From: Phoronis australis
Taxonomy: Eukaryota > Animalia > Phoronida
Assembly (NCBI GenBank): GCA_002633005.1
Contig: NMRA01000884.1
Location: forward strand, 15,218 to 79,217
Reading direction: 5' to 3'
DNA length: 64,000 nucleotides
Below, piece after piece: positions 1-13,296 of the stretch. The notes below the pieces were generated by a model. The model worked only from the letters and a program-made list of their open reading frames with translations, did not search any database and was not told the DNA's origin. Position numbers and translations under genes: made by a program. Position 1 is the stretch's first letter. Every line of letters starts with the position of its first letter.

Positions 1-1048
1 GCACCATCGTTCGCCAGTTTTTCTCGTAACGAGACAGAACACATGTTTATTTCCGGACTAACAGTACAGGTCTTCGTTCTTAAACAACTTGAGGCTGCTG
101 TTACGCGATCATCTGATATTCAAGTTTTTACGCCCCGTCGGTGCTCCTTAATTATGCTCTTGAATATTTGAAAATTGTCTAAACCCCTCTATACGCACCA
201 CACTTTTTCGTATACGACTTTTCGTATGCTAAAAAAGGTGTGTGTAAGCAGATGTTCCAACAAAAATTTTTGCTGGTCTCATGACTCATACCCAGATGTG
301 CACAATATGGTTTCACGAAACTTATGTGCCAAGTTCATGTGACGAAATCGAGAACGGTTTTTTAATTATCTTAAGAAAAACTCCAGAGACATGTTAATTG
401 ACAGAAACTTACCAGGATGCATGGAAACTTCACTATTTGGCTACAAAAACAAAAAATACCCCCCNCTCGCCCCGCTCTGTGCTACACGCTTAGGATTCGA
501 CCTTGGCGGGAATCCTAAAACCCCCCTTGCTGAAAACGTAGATCCGCCACTGCTATGTTTTGTCACATTTCGCAGTGTTTTGTCACGACAAAGTCCTTCA
601 CTCTTCGGCGACTTTTTCTTTCTACATGATGTTACGTGGGTACACCCGAATGTTTACAAACCATTCATTACGCCTTAGTACGACGCTACTCGATTCAAGC
701 AAAACTTTCCGAGTTCATTGCTCAGTTCTACGTTTTACAACACTTTAATACAGAATAAAAATAGTCAGTATGTCTGTTTTACTGATTTGCTTGGGGATTT
801 TCATTTATTTTGAGACACCCCTGCTCTACTGGTTACATGTATTGGTGCTTCGGTCCACATGAGCTCATTTTCTTCGTAAATTATTCTTCTTTATCTTGCG
901 ATGGAGTGGTAAAGTATGATTTTTGTTTACGTTCTGTTTAGCCAGATTCAATTATATTTTGCCTTTGTTATTTCATCGATACCACGCTGATAGTAAATGT
1001 TATTAACGATTCGAGGTAAATGACACCGAGTGAGTACTGCCTGATTAA

Positions 1049-2413
1049 AGAATCCCGCAGCCGCACACCCTGCCGAAATGACAGAAATTCTGATTGATTT
1101 TGCTGCCAGGACACAGTAACCGGCGAATTACCAGTAATTCCCCGGCCTGCAGTCGCCGTGACTCTTCGTCGGGAAAATAATCACTTGTTAAATTGGCTCT
1201 GATTTTCAATTATCACAGAAAAAATATTTTTAAACTTCGCAAATACAAACATAAAATATATACCTCTGTTGTCTAAATAAAAAATTCCGCGCCGGGTTGG
1301 GAGTGTTGTGAATTTTACTCAAATAGTTGAATGTCGGCGATGGGAAAATATTGCAGGGTTAGGAGCATGACGCAATATTTTTTAATCTTTTCATCACAAG
1401 AATTTCACTCATTCAGGGTCCGGTAGCTAATTAAAGTTTTCATCTTGCCCCGTGGAGCACAGATGTCCGCGCATGACAGGCCAGGCGGTCCGGCTGGCCG
1501 CCGGCTAGCATTGTATGCGATTGTTTCTGGCCAAGTGGGAATTGCTCCTTTTATTTTAAACTCATTATTACTGACATTATACCATTTGGCACCATGACGA
1601 GTTTTCTACCTGAAATTGTATTCGCTTGTCAGGAAACTGCCTTGCCGTAGCTATATCGCGTCTAAATTTATTTTCCATATTTTAGTAAGTTTAACTGTCG
1701 GGATAATCTAAATGTATAGCAATTATATTCAATAATTTGATGTTGCTTGATTGTTGTTCTGCTGATACTGTTTGTTTACCACTGACAGTTAATTAAACCC
1801 AGTAAAGCACGCGTAGCCTAGCCCGTCATAGTCGACCCCCGGTTGTTATTCAATCGGCGCAGGACTGTTACCAGTCGCCAACTTTATACAAGTGTTGGAA
1901 ATTATCTTTGTATGTACAGTGTATATGCGTCATTCATTATATGAAGTATTTACTCCGATAAAACAGCCGGGGACGGCCTGCCTTCGTCTTTTGTTAGTGC
2001 AAATGGTCTGCACCGGGTCATCGGCTGCAGGTCCGAGTCCGGCAAAATAAATCTGTCAAATTTTATTTATCTCATTTTGTCAACATTTTAGGTACAAATT
2101 GTCCATATTTTGGTTTCATGAAAGTTGAGGTCTGCTGTCGATTAATTTATCCCCGTTTGCAGGCTAGTAACAGACACTGCTCCAGTCGCACAGACAGAAT
2201 TCTTAAGCCTGGGTTCCTGAATGAATTGTACTTCCGGTTTCGCGGTTACTTTAAAATGGCTTTGTGATCGTCTGGTCGGAATCGTAAGTGACGCGTTTAT
2301 TTAAACTTTCTTCGACTACGGAATGTGTATTTTGTATGGGATAGGTACTGCGTGGGTCCATTTAATGTCTTCTAACCAATCAATAAGGGTTAAAAATGTA
2401 CGCTTCTAGGACT
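1049..2413. mobile_element. Non-autonomous Kolobok-like DNA transposon, copy A
   Basis: Bounded by TTAA (1045-1048, 2414-2417) with AG...CT termini; colinear similarity over about 1.3 kb to 3305-4662; no ORF. Family call rests on TTAA plus RR/YY ends only. Confidence 0.55.
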
Positions 2414-3304
2414 TTAAAGTCCTTATGTTAAAGGGCAATCTACTTCAAAATCTTAAAGACATATACCAAATTAAATAATATGTAACATGGCATAATCTTC
2501 ACAATCATCCTTTCTGTTATCAAACTAAAAGCCTTTTTGAGCACAATTTTGTACCTCGGCCGAGAGCGGAAAATCATCGACTGTTCCCGTCTATTTCTGT
2601 TACCTGAGTTCCTATGCATCAGTTCAGGAACGATTCCTTAAGGACGGTCATGTTGTGATTAAAAAGGCTTTGCCATCAACGTGAGCGTAAATGCGTTGTT
2701 TTTTGTTTGGTTAATGCATGGGCGGCGCACCATAGGGGGCTATAGCACCACTGCTCCGCCCATGGTCTATGGGAGGTGCACCACAGGAGGGATGGGGATA
2801 TAGCCCCCATTTTTTGAGTGCTGCGTCGCGCAAGTGTCATTGAGTCTCGTTTTATTTTTTGAAACAAACTTGATTATTTATTGTCCAAATTTTACCTGTT
2901 CTTTGAATATGACGAAGGGCATTTCATGCATAATCGCAAGTACTTCGCATCGCCAACGCTCGGCAAGTGAGGTCAGCCCTGACTCATCGCGATTATATTG
3001 CAACTCAACTTTCAGCTACAGTGCCCGTTTAGGTAATAAATTAGAGGAAATTTGTTCTCGGTCAAGAAATGTCTTTATCTTTGGCGCCATAATGTGAAAC
3101 TGATGCAAAGTATCAGCCTGAAGTGAGCAATTGTCGTGTGACTGCCCGGACGTGCGAGCCCAGTGTATCTGAGGCAGCAAATCGGCATCGGCTTTACTGG
3201 CCTTAAATTACGTAAAGTAGAAAAAAGTATCCAAACATGGGATGTTTCAACAATTATCTCCAAACAGTGAGCTCTACACTTCAATTGCAACAATACGTAC
3301 CTGT

Positions 3305-4662
3305 TCTTGATTTTGCTGCCCAGACACAGTAACCTTCGAAGTAATTCCTCAGCAGTTGCCGTGACTCTTCGCCGGGAAAATAATCACTTGCTCAATTGGC
3401 GTCGATTTTCAAGAAATATGTTTAAAAACCTGACAAAAACTTACAATATATCCCTGTTGTCTAAATATAAAAATTCCCCGCCGCAAACGGAGGGTGTAGT
3501 GAATTTTAGTCAATGAGCTGAACGTCGACGATGGGGAAATATCGCAGTGTAACGAGCAGGACTCAATATTTTTTAATCTCTTTGTCACAGAAATTTCACT
3601 CATTCAAGGTACAGGTAGCTAATAATTGTGCTCATCTTTCCTCCGCGGAGCACAGATGTCCGCCCACGGAAGGCCCTGCGGTCCCGCTCCGTCAAGTTAC
3701 AACTTATACGAATGACTTTGGCTAAGTTGCAATTATTCCTTTTACTTTAAACTCATTAATACTTATATTATACCATTTGGCCACATGGCAAGTTTTTGTA
3801 TAGAGGTTTTTTAGCCACCAAATTGTAAATGTATTATGTCGTTCATTTTTATTAATTGGCAGTGAACCGCCCGGCCGTAACGGAAGTCGCGGGAGAGCAC
3901 AGCCGGTGTCTTAGTTTCCGTCTAAATTTATTTTTGATATTTTCGCAAGTTTAATATTCTAACTGTATAGCAATTCCATTAATTTATTTTGATGTTGCAT
4001 GTTCGTTGTTCTATTTATACTCTTTGTTTTCCAGAGTTAATTACACCCAGTAAAACACGCTTAGCCTAACCCGCCGTAGTCGGCCCTGTTATTCAGTCGT
4101 TGCCACATGACTGTGATTAGTCCGTAATCTTATGCTAGTGTATGAAACTATCATTGCATGTATACGGCATTTATGATTGGAACCACTTATTCCGATAAAA
4201 CAGCCGAGAACGGCATGCCTTCCTATTTAGCCATTACAGTGGCCTCGATCGGTTCGCAAGGGGTCATCGGCTGCAGGTCCGAGTCCGACAAAATAATAAT
4301 ATTTCTGTCACAATTTATTTTGCCACTTTTTGTACACACTTTCAGTACAAACTGTCCCTAATTTTTATTAAAGTTAAAGTCCGTTGTCGAATATTTTATC
4401 CCCGTTTGCAGGATGGTAACAGACACTGCCTCAGTCGCACAGCCGACGTACTTAAGCCTGGATTCCTGAATGAATTGTACTTCCGGTTTCGCGGTTAGTT
4501 CAAAATGGCGGTGTGTTCTTCGGGTCGGAATCCTGGGTGGCGTGTTCATTTAAACATTCTTCGACTACAGATGTGGTATTCTTTATGAGATAGGTATTGC
4601 GTGATTCCTTATAATTTCTTCAAACCATTTAGTAAGGGTTATAAACGTGTGATACTAGGACT
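3305..4662. mobile_element. Second diverged direct copy (B) of the 1049-2413 element
   Basis: Shares ttgattttgctgcc...cacagtaacc start region, internal blocks (cctgaatgaattgtacttccggtttcgcggtta) and the ctaggactTTAA end; left terminus not evident. Confidence 0.7.
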
Positions 4663-5617
4663 TTAATAATAAGTGAGTTAAGGGCTTGGACAAACACAGT
4701 GGTTTGTTAAAACGTTTAATTATCTTAATTGATCTGACGGGTTGGTGCAGAAAAAGAAGCAAGCATTGTGTTCTAAACCGAATGTTTCATAGGCAGTGCT
4801 GAAACACACCCTTAACCAATTTTGTCTATACCAGTCTAGTTCATCCTTTGTTGATATATTGCTTGGCAGTGTTATACGTGCCCATTATGATTCGTCCATG
4901 TGTGATTACCATATTTCTTGATAGTAACTCGGAAGAATTCATTCAAAGCAAATGATAATCCCCTCTAAGTCTTGCCAGTTCTCAACCTACGTGTAACAAC
5001 CTGTTTTTATGTTTTGGTAAACGCGGTGCCTCATATAAGTGAGATCGCGCGCTAGTGTTGGCTTATGTCAGAGAATGATTGCTAAATCCTCGCCAATAGA
5101 AGAGGGTAAAAACAGAACACGTATTCTTTAAAAACGACGAAATTAATGGTTTCGGGAATGAAACAGTTAATTTATTTAGCAGAAATACTGTACACATCTG
5201 AATTAGATAATAATTTCTGAAACAATTGGAACGAATGAGATCACCAGAAAATTGCATTGTGAAAAGTACTTTTCAGAAAGTATGTACCCTGTTCTGAAGT
5301 GTCCAAAACCTGTTTCTTTACAGGCGTATTTGTTGGCTGAAATTGGCTGCAATAAAATTTCTCAAATTCCCCTAGCAGCCATTCTGCTGCGAAGGTTTTT
5401 GAGTAACTTTCTGAACCAGATCTGTTAATACTTCGCTACCGTGCAAAGTATTTGTAATTTGAGAAAGGAACAAAAGGATACCGATTTTTATAATTAATTT
5501 ATCAAAGAGTATTATTACCGTAAATTATACCACAATACATGTATTAGCGTCAAATGGCAGATACAACCGTGTAATAACCCATAAAGTTATCTCACTAGTG
5601 AGATAACGATTTGGCGG

Positions 5618-5692
5618 GAAACCGAGGACGGAGTCGAACCGGGGACCCTGGAATTTGCAGGTCGCCGACTTAACCACTACACCACGCAGCGA
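5618..5692 (-). mobile_element. tRNA-derived SINE head / tRNA-Cys-like pseudogene
   Basis: Minus strand GCTGCGTGGTGTAGTGGTTAAGTCGGCGACCTGCAAATTCCAGGGTCCCCGGTTCGACTCC: A box, B box and CTGCAAA anticodon-like loop; acceptor and anticodon stems pair poorly. Confidence 0.55.
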
Positions 5693-6235
5693 CTGACGTC
5701 ATCAAGAGTGAAAATAGAATACTAAAATGAGCACGCGCAATAATCACACGTTCAACAAACTGCATTGTACTGTACTTATACGCTACGAAAAATAAGACAC
5801 ATAATGTCCATAAAAATGATATCTTAATTCATTGAATTCTTTCTCTCATGTCCTCTTACTTGTAAATCACCGATCTCCAGTTTGAATGCGGGTATCGTGT
5901 CGTCAGGATCTTTGACTTTAGAATTATATTCAGTTACCAGTGGTAACCTATTTAGCAGACGAGAATTTCCGCGCGGTCGAAGCTTAGCGTGTAAAAACGT
6001 GTTTTAAGCTATAATAGTTGCTTAACCTTAATTTAGAGATTCACTTCATTTCTATTTTGTTTAAATTTCCAGTTGGTTTTGAGTATAAGCATTATTTGAC
6101 AAAGATAGCTCGGCTTTTCTTAAAAGGTCACGACCTCCGACTCCGGGCCAATGACATAGAAAGTAGTAACAAAGCCGAGGCGAGTCGAGAAAGGTAGATC
6201 GATTCATTGCAATGTTTCTCGTTTAGTATGTGGTA

Positions 6236-6412
6236 TAAATAGATTATTACATGTTCTCAGTCGTTATCCCCCTTATCTAGAGCCCTCGCGGATTTTGGAG
6301 AATTATCACCCTCGGGGCTAAACGCCTCTCGGGCGATAATTCTCCAAAATCCACTCGGGCTCTAGATAAAGGGGAATAACGACTTCGCCATGTACATGTA
6401 ATAATCTATATT
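6236..6412. repeat. Long imperfect palindrome (about 85-bp arms), MITE-like hairpin
   Basis: atagattattacatg...tctagagccctcgcggattttggagaattatc / gataattctccaaaatccactcgggctctaga...catgtaataatctat arms around a taaac loop. Confidence 0.85.
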
Positions 6413-7639
6413 TATTCGTAAATAATAAAAACGTGCATCCTAAGGATTGCATCAAAATAAAATAATTTACAACGTGAATGTGTATCACAGCATTATCAGA
6501 ATACTAATTCTTCACGTATAAAATCGGGTTATGGTTGCACAAGGTCAAAACCTTATCATGAATTTCAAACTAATTTAAAAAAATAGTTACGTTTCCTGTT
6601 TTGTAACACTGTCTCATTAAAAAGTGCTCAAGAAATTTGGAAACTGGATTATTTTTAAAATCTCCTAAAATAATGAAAATAAAAACTATGTATCTTTGTG
6701 ATTTTGAGTAAAAATCATCAATTTACGGAATTTGTGCAAATAGGAAGACTAAGTAACAAGAAAAAGACCTTTAACTTTCAGATGATCTTTGTTCGTCAAT
6801 GCAAGGTAAGCGGATTTGGCCATGGGACAAAAAGAAACACAACATATTTCGATTTCAAAAGCGTTTTAGCGTTTACTCAGCATGCCAACAATTTAAGGTG
6901 AAACTTTCTTCCAGAGGCCTATTCTCCAATAAGCGACGAGATCCTTTACAAGCGAAATAACTTCACCGTAATAATTGTTATTCGAGCTCCGTTGCCCATT
7001 TTCACCCGGCCATCGTCACACAGGACGTGACTTGCTGGTTCCAATCTGAAATACAAGTGGAGCGATAGATGTTGAACATTTGTGGGAATCTCAAATTATC
7101 TTCATTTACAGGTCCAACAGAGAATTTTCAACTGGCCTGAAAATTTACACTAAATCTGAGCACCGGCATCCTTTGACTGGAAGCATTTGTTTATCGTTAA
7201 ATAAATTGGTTCGGGTAAATTCTAAATCTTTCGACACCCCCCTAAAAGCTACAGTGTACACTATATATATTTTTTTCCATTCTGGGGCGGAAAAATGTGT
7301 TGACATGATGAAATTTGACTTATGTTGATAAATTTTGCGAGGATATATCATTTACCCCCTTCAACAGTAAAATCAATTTGCGACAAGAAATCTTGGCGTA
7401 CGGAGCAGAAATGGCGGGTTTCCTGCATTTTTATCCCAGAATTCAACAGTCCAGCAGTGCCCACCGATCACTTTAATGATGGCCATTTTGCTATCCCACG
7501 CTGGTAAGCTCCCAAACTTACTTGAGTGACTTCGCATGATCTTTAGTGAGAGCGCTCATCTCACAAAAACTAGCCTTACGGAACGCACCCCTCAACATCT
7601 CTAACCATGGCAGGAAAGTTAAACCATCGTCAACTTTAA

Positions 7640-7885
7640 AATGTGTATGGAGAAACTTCCTTACGTATTGTTCGGATACGTCACTCCTTCAGGAGAAGAA
7701 CTGTTTCCAAATGGGTGTGCTCGCATTCGGTACTGGATGAGAGAATTTTGTTGGTCATTGTCTTGATACCCTAGGAAGCACAGATACTCTCAGTGGTCGT
7801 CAAATACCAAGAAGGAATAGAAAATTTGCTCTATGTCGGCCGATACTGCAACTACGTCTTTCCGAAAGCGGAATTGAATGCCAAG
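7640..7885 (+). pseudogene. Possible highly decayed Ty3/gypsy pol (RT-RNaseH junction) fragment
   Basis: Translated pieces VWRNFLTYCSDTSLLQEKNCFQ and ILSVVVKYQEGIENLLYVG...KAELN loosely resemble gypsy connection/RNase H motifs; frameshifted. Confidence 0.3.
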
Positions 7886-8695
7886 CAGTGCTGTTACCAG
7901 GCATGAATCCAAATTGGCGACGATATATGAGGTTTTGTGAAGAGAGGTGGTCAAACATGTGCTGAGAAATGAGTTTTTCGAAAATTTTTGATAAGATGTT
8001 AAGTAGAGTTATGGGGCGATAGTTGGCAATGTCTGTTTTGGAGTTTTTTTTGTGTGTTGATATCATAACGCCAAGCTTCCAGTTCGAAGGAAATTTTCCA
8101 GATTGTAGTATTTTGTTGTATAATGTTGTCAGAGGAAGTGTAAGCTCTCTTGCTATTATCTTGGTCATTTTATTGGTTGTGAGATTGGTACCGTCGTTTT
8201 TGTTTTCGTCAATGTTTTCTTATAGTTTTCTGACTTCACATGGTTGGGCTTCTATGTAAGAGAGGTGTTCTAATGTTCTGTTTGGGAATTCTGGATAGTT
8301 TATTGTTGCTGCAATGTGACTCTTGGCAGTGAAGTAATCTAGAAATAAGATACTTTTATCGGCTTTGGATGACGCCTGAGAGTTGGATTCTTTTGAGTGG
8401 ATGGTGGGGTATGATGATTGCTTTACCTGTCCTCGAATTTTGTTTACTATATCCCAATATTCCTTAGAATTTTTGGAGACATTTTTGATAATGGAGATAA
8501 CTTTCATCTTATAGTCTTGTTGCGTCTTTTTAATTAGTTCTTCCACACTCTTGCCCTGTTCTACATTTATGTAGCACTTGAACGTGCATGGGTTATTTGA
8601 TCTTCTGAACGATCTCTACAGTTTATTTCTTTTATTTGTTTCAGACTTAATGTTATTGTTAAACCACGGTTTGTTCTTGTTTTTTATTGGGTGGA
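7886..8695 (-). mobile_element. CR1/L2-clade LINE ORF2 (reverse transcriptase) fragment
   Basis: KPWFNNNIK...; GKFPSNWKLGVMISTHKKNSKTDIANYRPITLLNILSKIFEKLI...QFGFMPGNST are classic non-LTR RT N-terminal motifs; stops/frameshifts; truncated both sides. Confidence 0.9.
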
Positions 8696-9489
8696 AATCT
8701 CAGAGACAACTTGGGAAATGCCAGTGAAAGACGGATCCCTGAGGCAGACTCAACAAGAAGTCCGTAGGCTTGGCGTCCTGCCATTGACTCTTGGCCGGAA
8801 CATGATGTGAGCTTGTACAGTATCTCATTCCCTTGGATACCCAGTCGGTTCATCAACTCTGGGGTTGCCAATGTGCGACTGCAGTGCTCGTCTAACATAG
8901 CATAAGTAGTGACCACAGCTTCTGGGCGATCTGCAGAGAACAGTTATACATGTAGCACATGGTCTGCCTCTGTGTCCCTCTCCGCAAACAGAAGTGCACT
9001 TCGAATCCACCTTGTTACCGGTGGCCTCACCATCGTAATTTCTCTTGGTGTCCAATGAGTTGTGCACGGCTGTGACGTGTTGGGTTCTTACTCCTTCGGC
9101 ACACTGGACCTGCGCTTGACATTGCTTCTTACTATGTGAGGTGGATCTACAACACAGCAAGCAAATCTTATTTTGGGCCAAAAATTTGCATTTCTCTTCG
9201 CGACTCCTTCCAGCGAACGCTCTACACACGTCCAGATGATGCGGAGCTTGGTTACCTTTCCGGTTGCTTATCTGGAGCTCAGTCTTGGGCTGAGGCTGTG
9301 GAAACATGCGTCGAAGCTCTTCTATGTCGAAACCTGGGTAGTAGTCCAGTCATTCTACAAATAACCCGGAAAAAATTGCAACAGAAGGTTTTATTGCATA
9401 AATCGTATCCTTTCACACCCCTTAGTGGGAAAAAAATGTCTACCGGAATCGGAGTGGCGGAAGTTGGTTTTTCAAGATTGCCTGCGGAC

Positions 9490-10075
9490 AAAATGGCCGC
9501 CAGAATTTCTGATGCGCACTATAACTCAAGAGTGGAATGTGATACAGTAAAAATTCAAAAAGGTTTACCTATGTTTTGTGGGTCAACAAATCCATTGGAA
9601 ATGGTTTTACATGGCTGTGGTGACACCGTCCGCCATTTTCCAAGATGGCCGCCAAATCTACTTGAGTCGCACAACTTCACACAAACAGATTAGTGTGTCG
9701 TCTTGCTTCAAACATCGCATCATAGGTTTTCTGGGTCGACTAATCCATTGATACTCATTGCATATGACACTAATTATTACTTCCACCATATCCAAGATGG
9801 CGGAGAAAATGGCCGCCACATTTGCAGATGATTATTATAACTCGAGATTGGAATGTGGTAAAGTAAAAATTCAAAAATGCTTACCCATCTTTTGTGGGTC
9901 AACAAATCCATTGGAAAAGTTTTGCAAGGCCGTGGTGACACCATCAGCCATTTTCCAAGGTGGCCTTCAAAACTATTTCGAATCGCACAACTTCGCACAA
10001 ACAGATTAGTGTGTCGTCTTGCTTCAAGTATCATAGGTTTTCTGGGTCTGCTAATCCGTTTAGTTGCTTCGTGTA
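9490..10075. repeat. Subterminal direct duplication (about 317-bp spacing) inside the Academ element
   Basis: aaatggccgcc...aaaattcaaaaa...gtgggtcaacaaatccattggaa...acaaacagattagtgtgtcgtcttgcttca occurs at about 9490 and 9807. Confidence 0.85.
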
Positions 10076-10379
10076 AGGACTTCAGATTCCAGAGACACGC
10101 CATATCCTGAATTTTTTTAAGTCAGCACATCCATTACAATAATTTTTGTCTGTCTCTTGATGATGACGACTACCATTTTCAAGATGGTTTAACGAATAAC
10201 TTATTTGGGTCAAAAACATCAGGTTTGCCTGAACTGAAGGATCATTCTCCTCCTGGAAAAATGTGCTGTATTGAAAATAACTCTCTGCAATTAATTCAGT
10301 GATCTACTATCAACACTGTCTCTGTCACTTCCAGTTAGTTGTAAATGCCAGTGAATCTATACACAATCAACCAGTATTT

Positions 10380-13296
10380 ACACAACTAGTCTCTGTCAAC
10401 TCAGAATGAACTGCTGCAGCTTAAACCACGGCATTCTCCACATGCAACCGAGTACAACTATCCTAACTTGCTGGAACTGCAGTTGGTCTTACCCGAGCAT
10501 CTCACTACTTTCAGCAGGTTCTCTGGTGCTGCTGAATGGTCCGTCGTCGTGGGAATGAATTTTTCACCTGCCATCATCCATCCCCAATGCAGCGATTGTA
10601 GGCCACTGCCACGGGAACTTGACCGATCTTGCTCTTGATAATATGTCCCGGCAGCATGGAATTTAGCTACTGAAGAAAGATGGTGATAATGACTCTATTT
10701 GGACAGTGGCTAGTCTGACACCTCATCCACAAATTACCTGTATCGCAAGTCATCCAAATTTCCAGAGCCAGTACCGCCATGAAGCACAGATACAATTCTT
10801 ACCAGCTTCAAATATGTCTTGCTTCAGCTGCATGTGTCTAGTGAACACTCTTACCAGAGTTTTTGCAGAATTCTCGATCAGGCAGTTTCTTGAATGGAAG
10901 AGCCTTTGCTAATACTGAACAGCTGTAATGTTGTGTTGCAACCACATATTGCATGCTCAAGTGGCAAAACTGAGCAAGTTTCGGCACCAAGAGACAACTG
11001 TAGTTCCTTGATGTCCCAGACTCTCCTCTTGCTTTGGTGTCTCTTATCAAATGAAATTTATTGTGAAGTAGCATGGTAACGCAAAAGAACCAACAAGTCT
11101 GTATCGTCTGCAATAAGGGTAGTTGGACCCTGTACTGCGTTCTCTACTGCCGTTTCTACAATTAAAACATCTGCTTCACCTTGAGCTTGTACCACTGTGC
11201 AACCAGCATTTCCTAGCAAACTTGACAAGAAGTGAGTGAATCCTTTGTTTTTGTTTTTGCCAAAAATGTTCCTTTCTTACTTGATCACCATGTCACCATT
11301 GAAGTGAACTTCAGTTCCAACCACCCCACCCAGTCTTCGAACATGGGAGACATCTTTAGTTGATGGTCCGTGTCAGTAACCATCAAAAACAACAGTAGGC
11401 TGGGTGCACTTGCTGATGTAATCCACATAAGTTCTACCACATGACTGAAACGTTGCACCTCTAGGCCATGGAATACGGTGAAGGAGAGAACCGCTGTCGA
11501 TTACATGCATCACCGTGTTTTCTGGAAATTGAAATCCTCAGGTAGTCCTCCACTGGATCAGAGTGCATCAGCTCACATTGATTTATTAGCGAATCTGGGA
11601 AGACCAGATGTATCAAAAAGAACAGGGAAACCTACACACAGCTCATACTTCAAAAGGCTTGATGAACTTTCACTGTTGTCTTTTGCAACTGTCAGGATTC
11701 GCTGAAATAGCAGTCGTGGATCCACTTGTGCAAAATTACTATTAGCAGCATGATCTGATTGACTTTTCATTGCCACAACCTTGTCTTTCTTTCTGAATGT
11801 GAAGTCTTTCACACTTGACCCCTCCATAGACAAGTGAACCGCCTTCCCCATTTCTCTAGCATTTTCGGCACTGACACATGTGCCTGCAGTCACACCAATG
11901 GCGATGTTCTGTAATGTTTCTCTTTAAAATGGGTTACTGTTGTGGAGGAATTCAACAATGCTACAGATGTGTTTGTCGTCACGCGACTGTCTTGCCTGGG
12001 TACATTCTTTATAATGCTGACTTGATTCACAACTCAAGTTTGTCACAGTCTGCATGGCACCATTTATAGTTGAGCATGCCGGCAAGGAAAGCAGCCACGG
12101 CGCACTCTGTGTATCTCCCATTTCGCAACCTCTAGTTAAACCTCCTGTTGCTTTAATAGTTTTCATGAGCATTTGTGCAATTACAAGATCATATCCTCAT
12201 TATGACAAGCCTGCCCAGAATCTGTCACTTTGTTTTATGGTTTGTTGGCCGTAGACGTCTGGGTGGTTGTCTTTGAGTTGCTACGTCTGCTTCAGTCAAG
12301 TTTATGTATGAAGATTTTGCATAAGAGTTGTGACCAGCAGCTGCAAAGTAAGGAAGCATTTCAGAAACTGCTTTTAGGTGAAGCTCCCAATCTGACGTTA
12401 TTTCTGCTTTTAAAAAAGTCGAAGGATGTCAATCATCTTCATATACTGTAGTCAAAGACTAATGATTCGACTTTGCACGGACAAGTCTGATTTATGTGCT
12501 TTGATATTTTATGGACACCCAAGAGACACTCCGTCGAGCATACATCGTCGCACACAGACGTCATGCCAGCAATAAGATATTAATACTGCTTCAGACCAGC
12601 TCTCAAATCATCATGAAGAATATCATTGGACATTGATTCTTCTGACGAACTATTCTCTGCCACTGTGAATTCTGAATACCTATACTCTAATTAAGTCGTG
12701 TTTGAAAATACCAATGGCAGTAGGTCGGAAACCAGAAGTGAACTCTCGTGAGGGCATTAAACTGTAATCCAAGGTTCAGAATCGGTGACATTGGCTGAGC
12801 ATGGCATGCCCCATAGAAGTCATCTAGTTATGTGATCAGTTGGGATGTCTGAAGAATCTGTCTCCATCTCCTGACGAGCCAAGATTTGTGTACAAGCATT
12901 GAACTGCTCTTGGCATGTAATCTGTGTGTTCTGTGTTGGTGACATTCCGGACTCCTGGAATTTCTGAAGAACCTGAATTTCTTTCTTCATTGGTTTTGGA
13001 TTGGCGTTACTTGATCTGTCAATATTTGGAAGTGGGATGTTGAATGTTCTGACTTTTATGATAGCATTCAGTGCTGAGTCTACCAACATATGCCCCCTCA
13101 CTACTCTATCCACACTTTTTCCGTTGAACATAAGGATCAGACTGTTTGATGCATACACCGTCTCAAGAACTCCTTGAAGCCCTGTGCTTGACATTACGTA
13201 TTCAATACATTCCAGAAATCTCATCTCAGTATGAAATATTCCAAGCCTGGCTAAGAACAAGTAACTGCAGATCACTGTCGTTTTGTTCGCAGGCAC
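10380..13296 (-). pseudogene. Academ transposase / XPG-like / Cys-cluster coding remnants
   Basis: Colinear motif-bearing ORF fragments 12820-13296, 11924-12172, 11573-11893 and further pieces to about 10380, broken by stops and frameshifts. Confidence 0.8.

Noticed and set aside
5618-5692. Functional tRNA-Cys gene
   Set aside because: Acceptor and anticodon stems do not pair properly; treated as SINE head or pseudogene.
9136-9693. 185-aa plus-strand ORF, the longest in the track
   Set aside because: Spans the BEL/Academ junction and TIR; antisense artefact.
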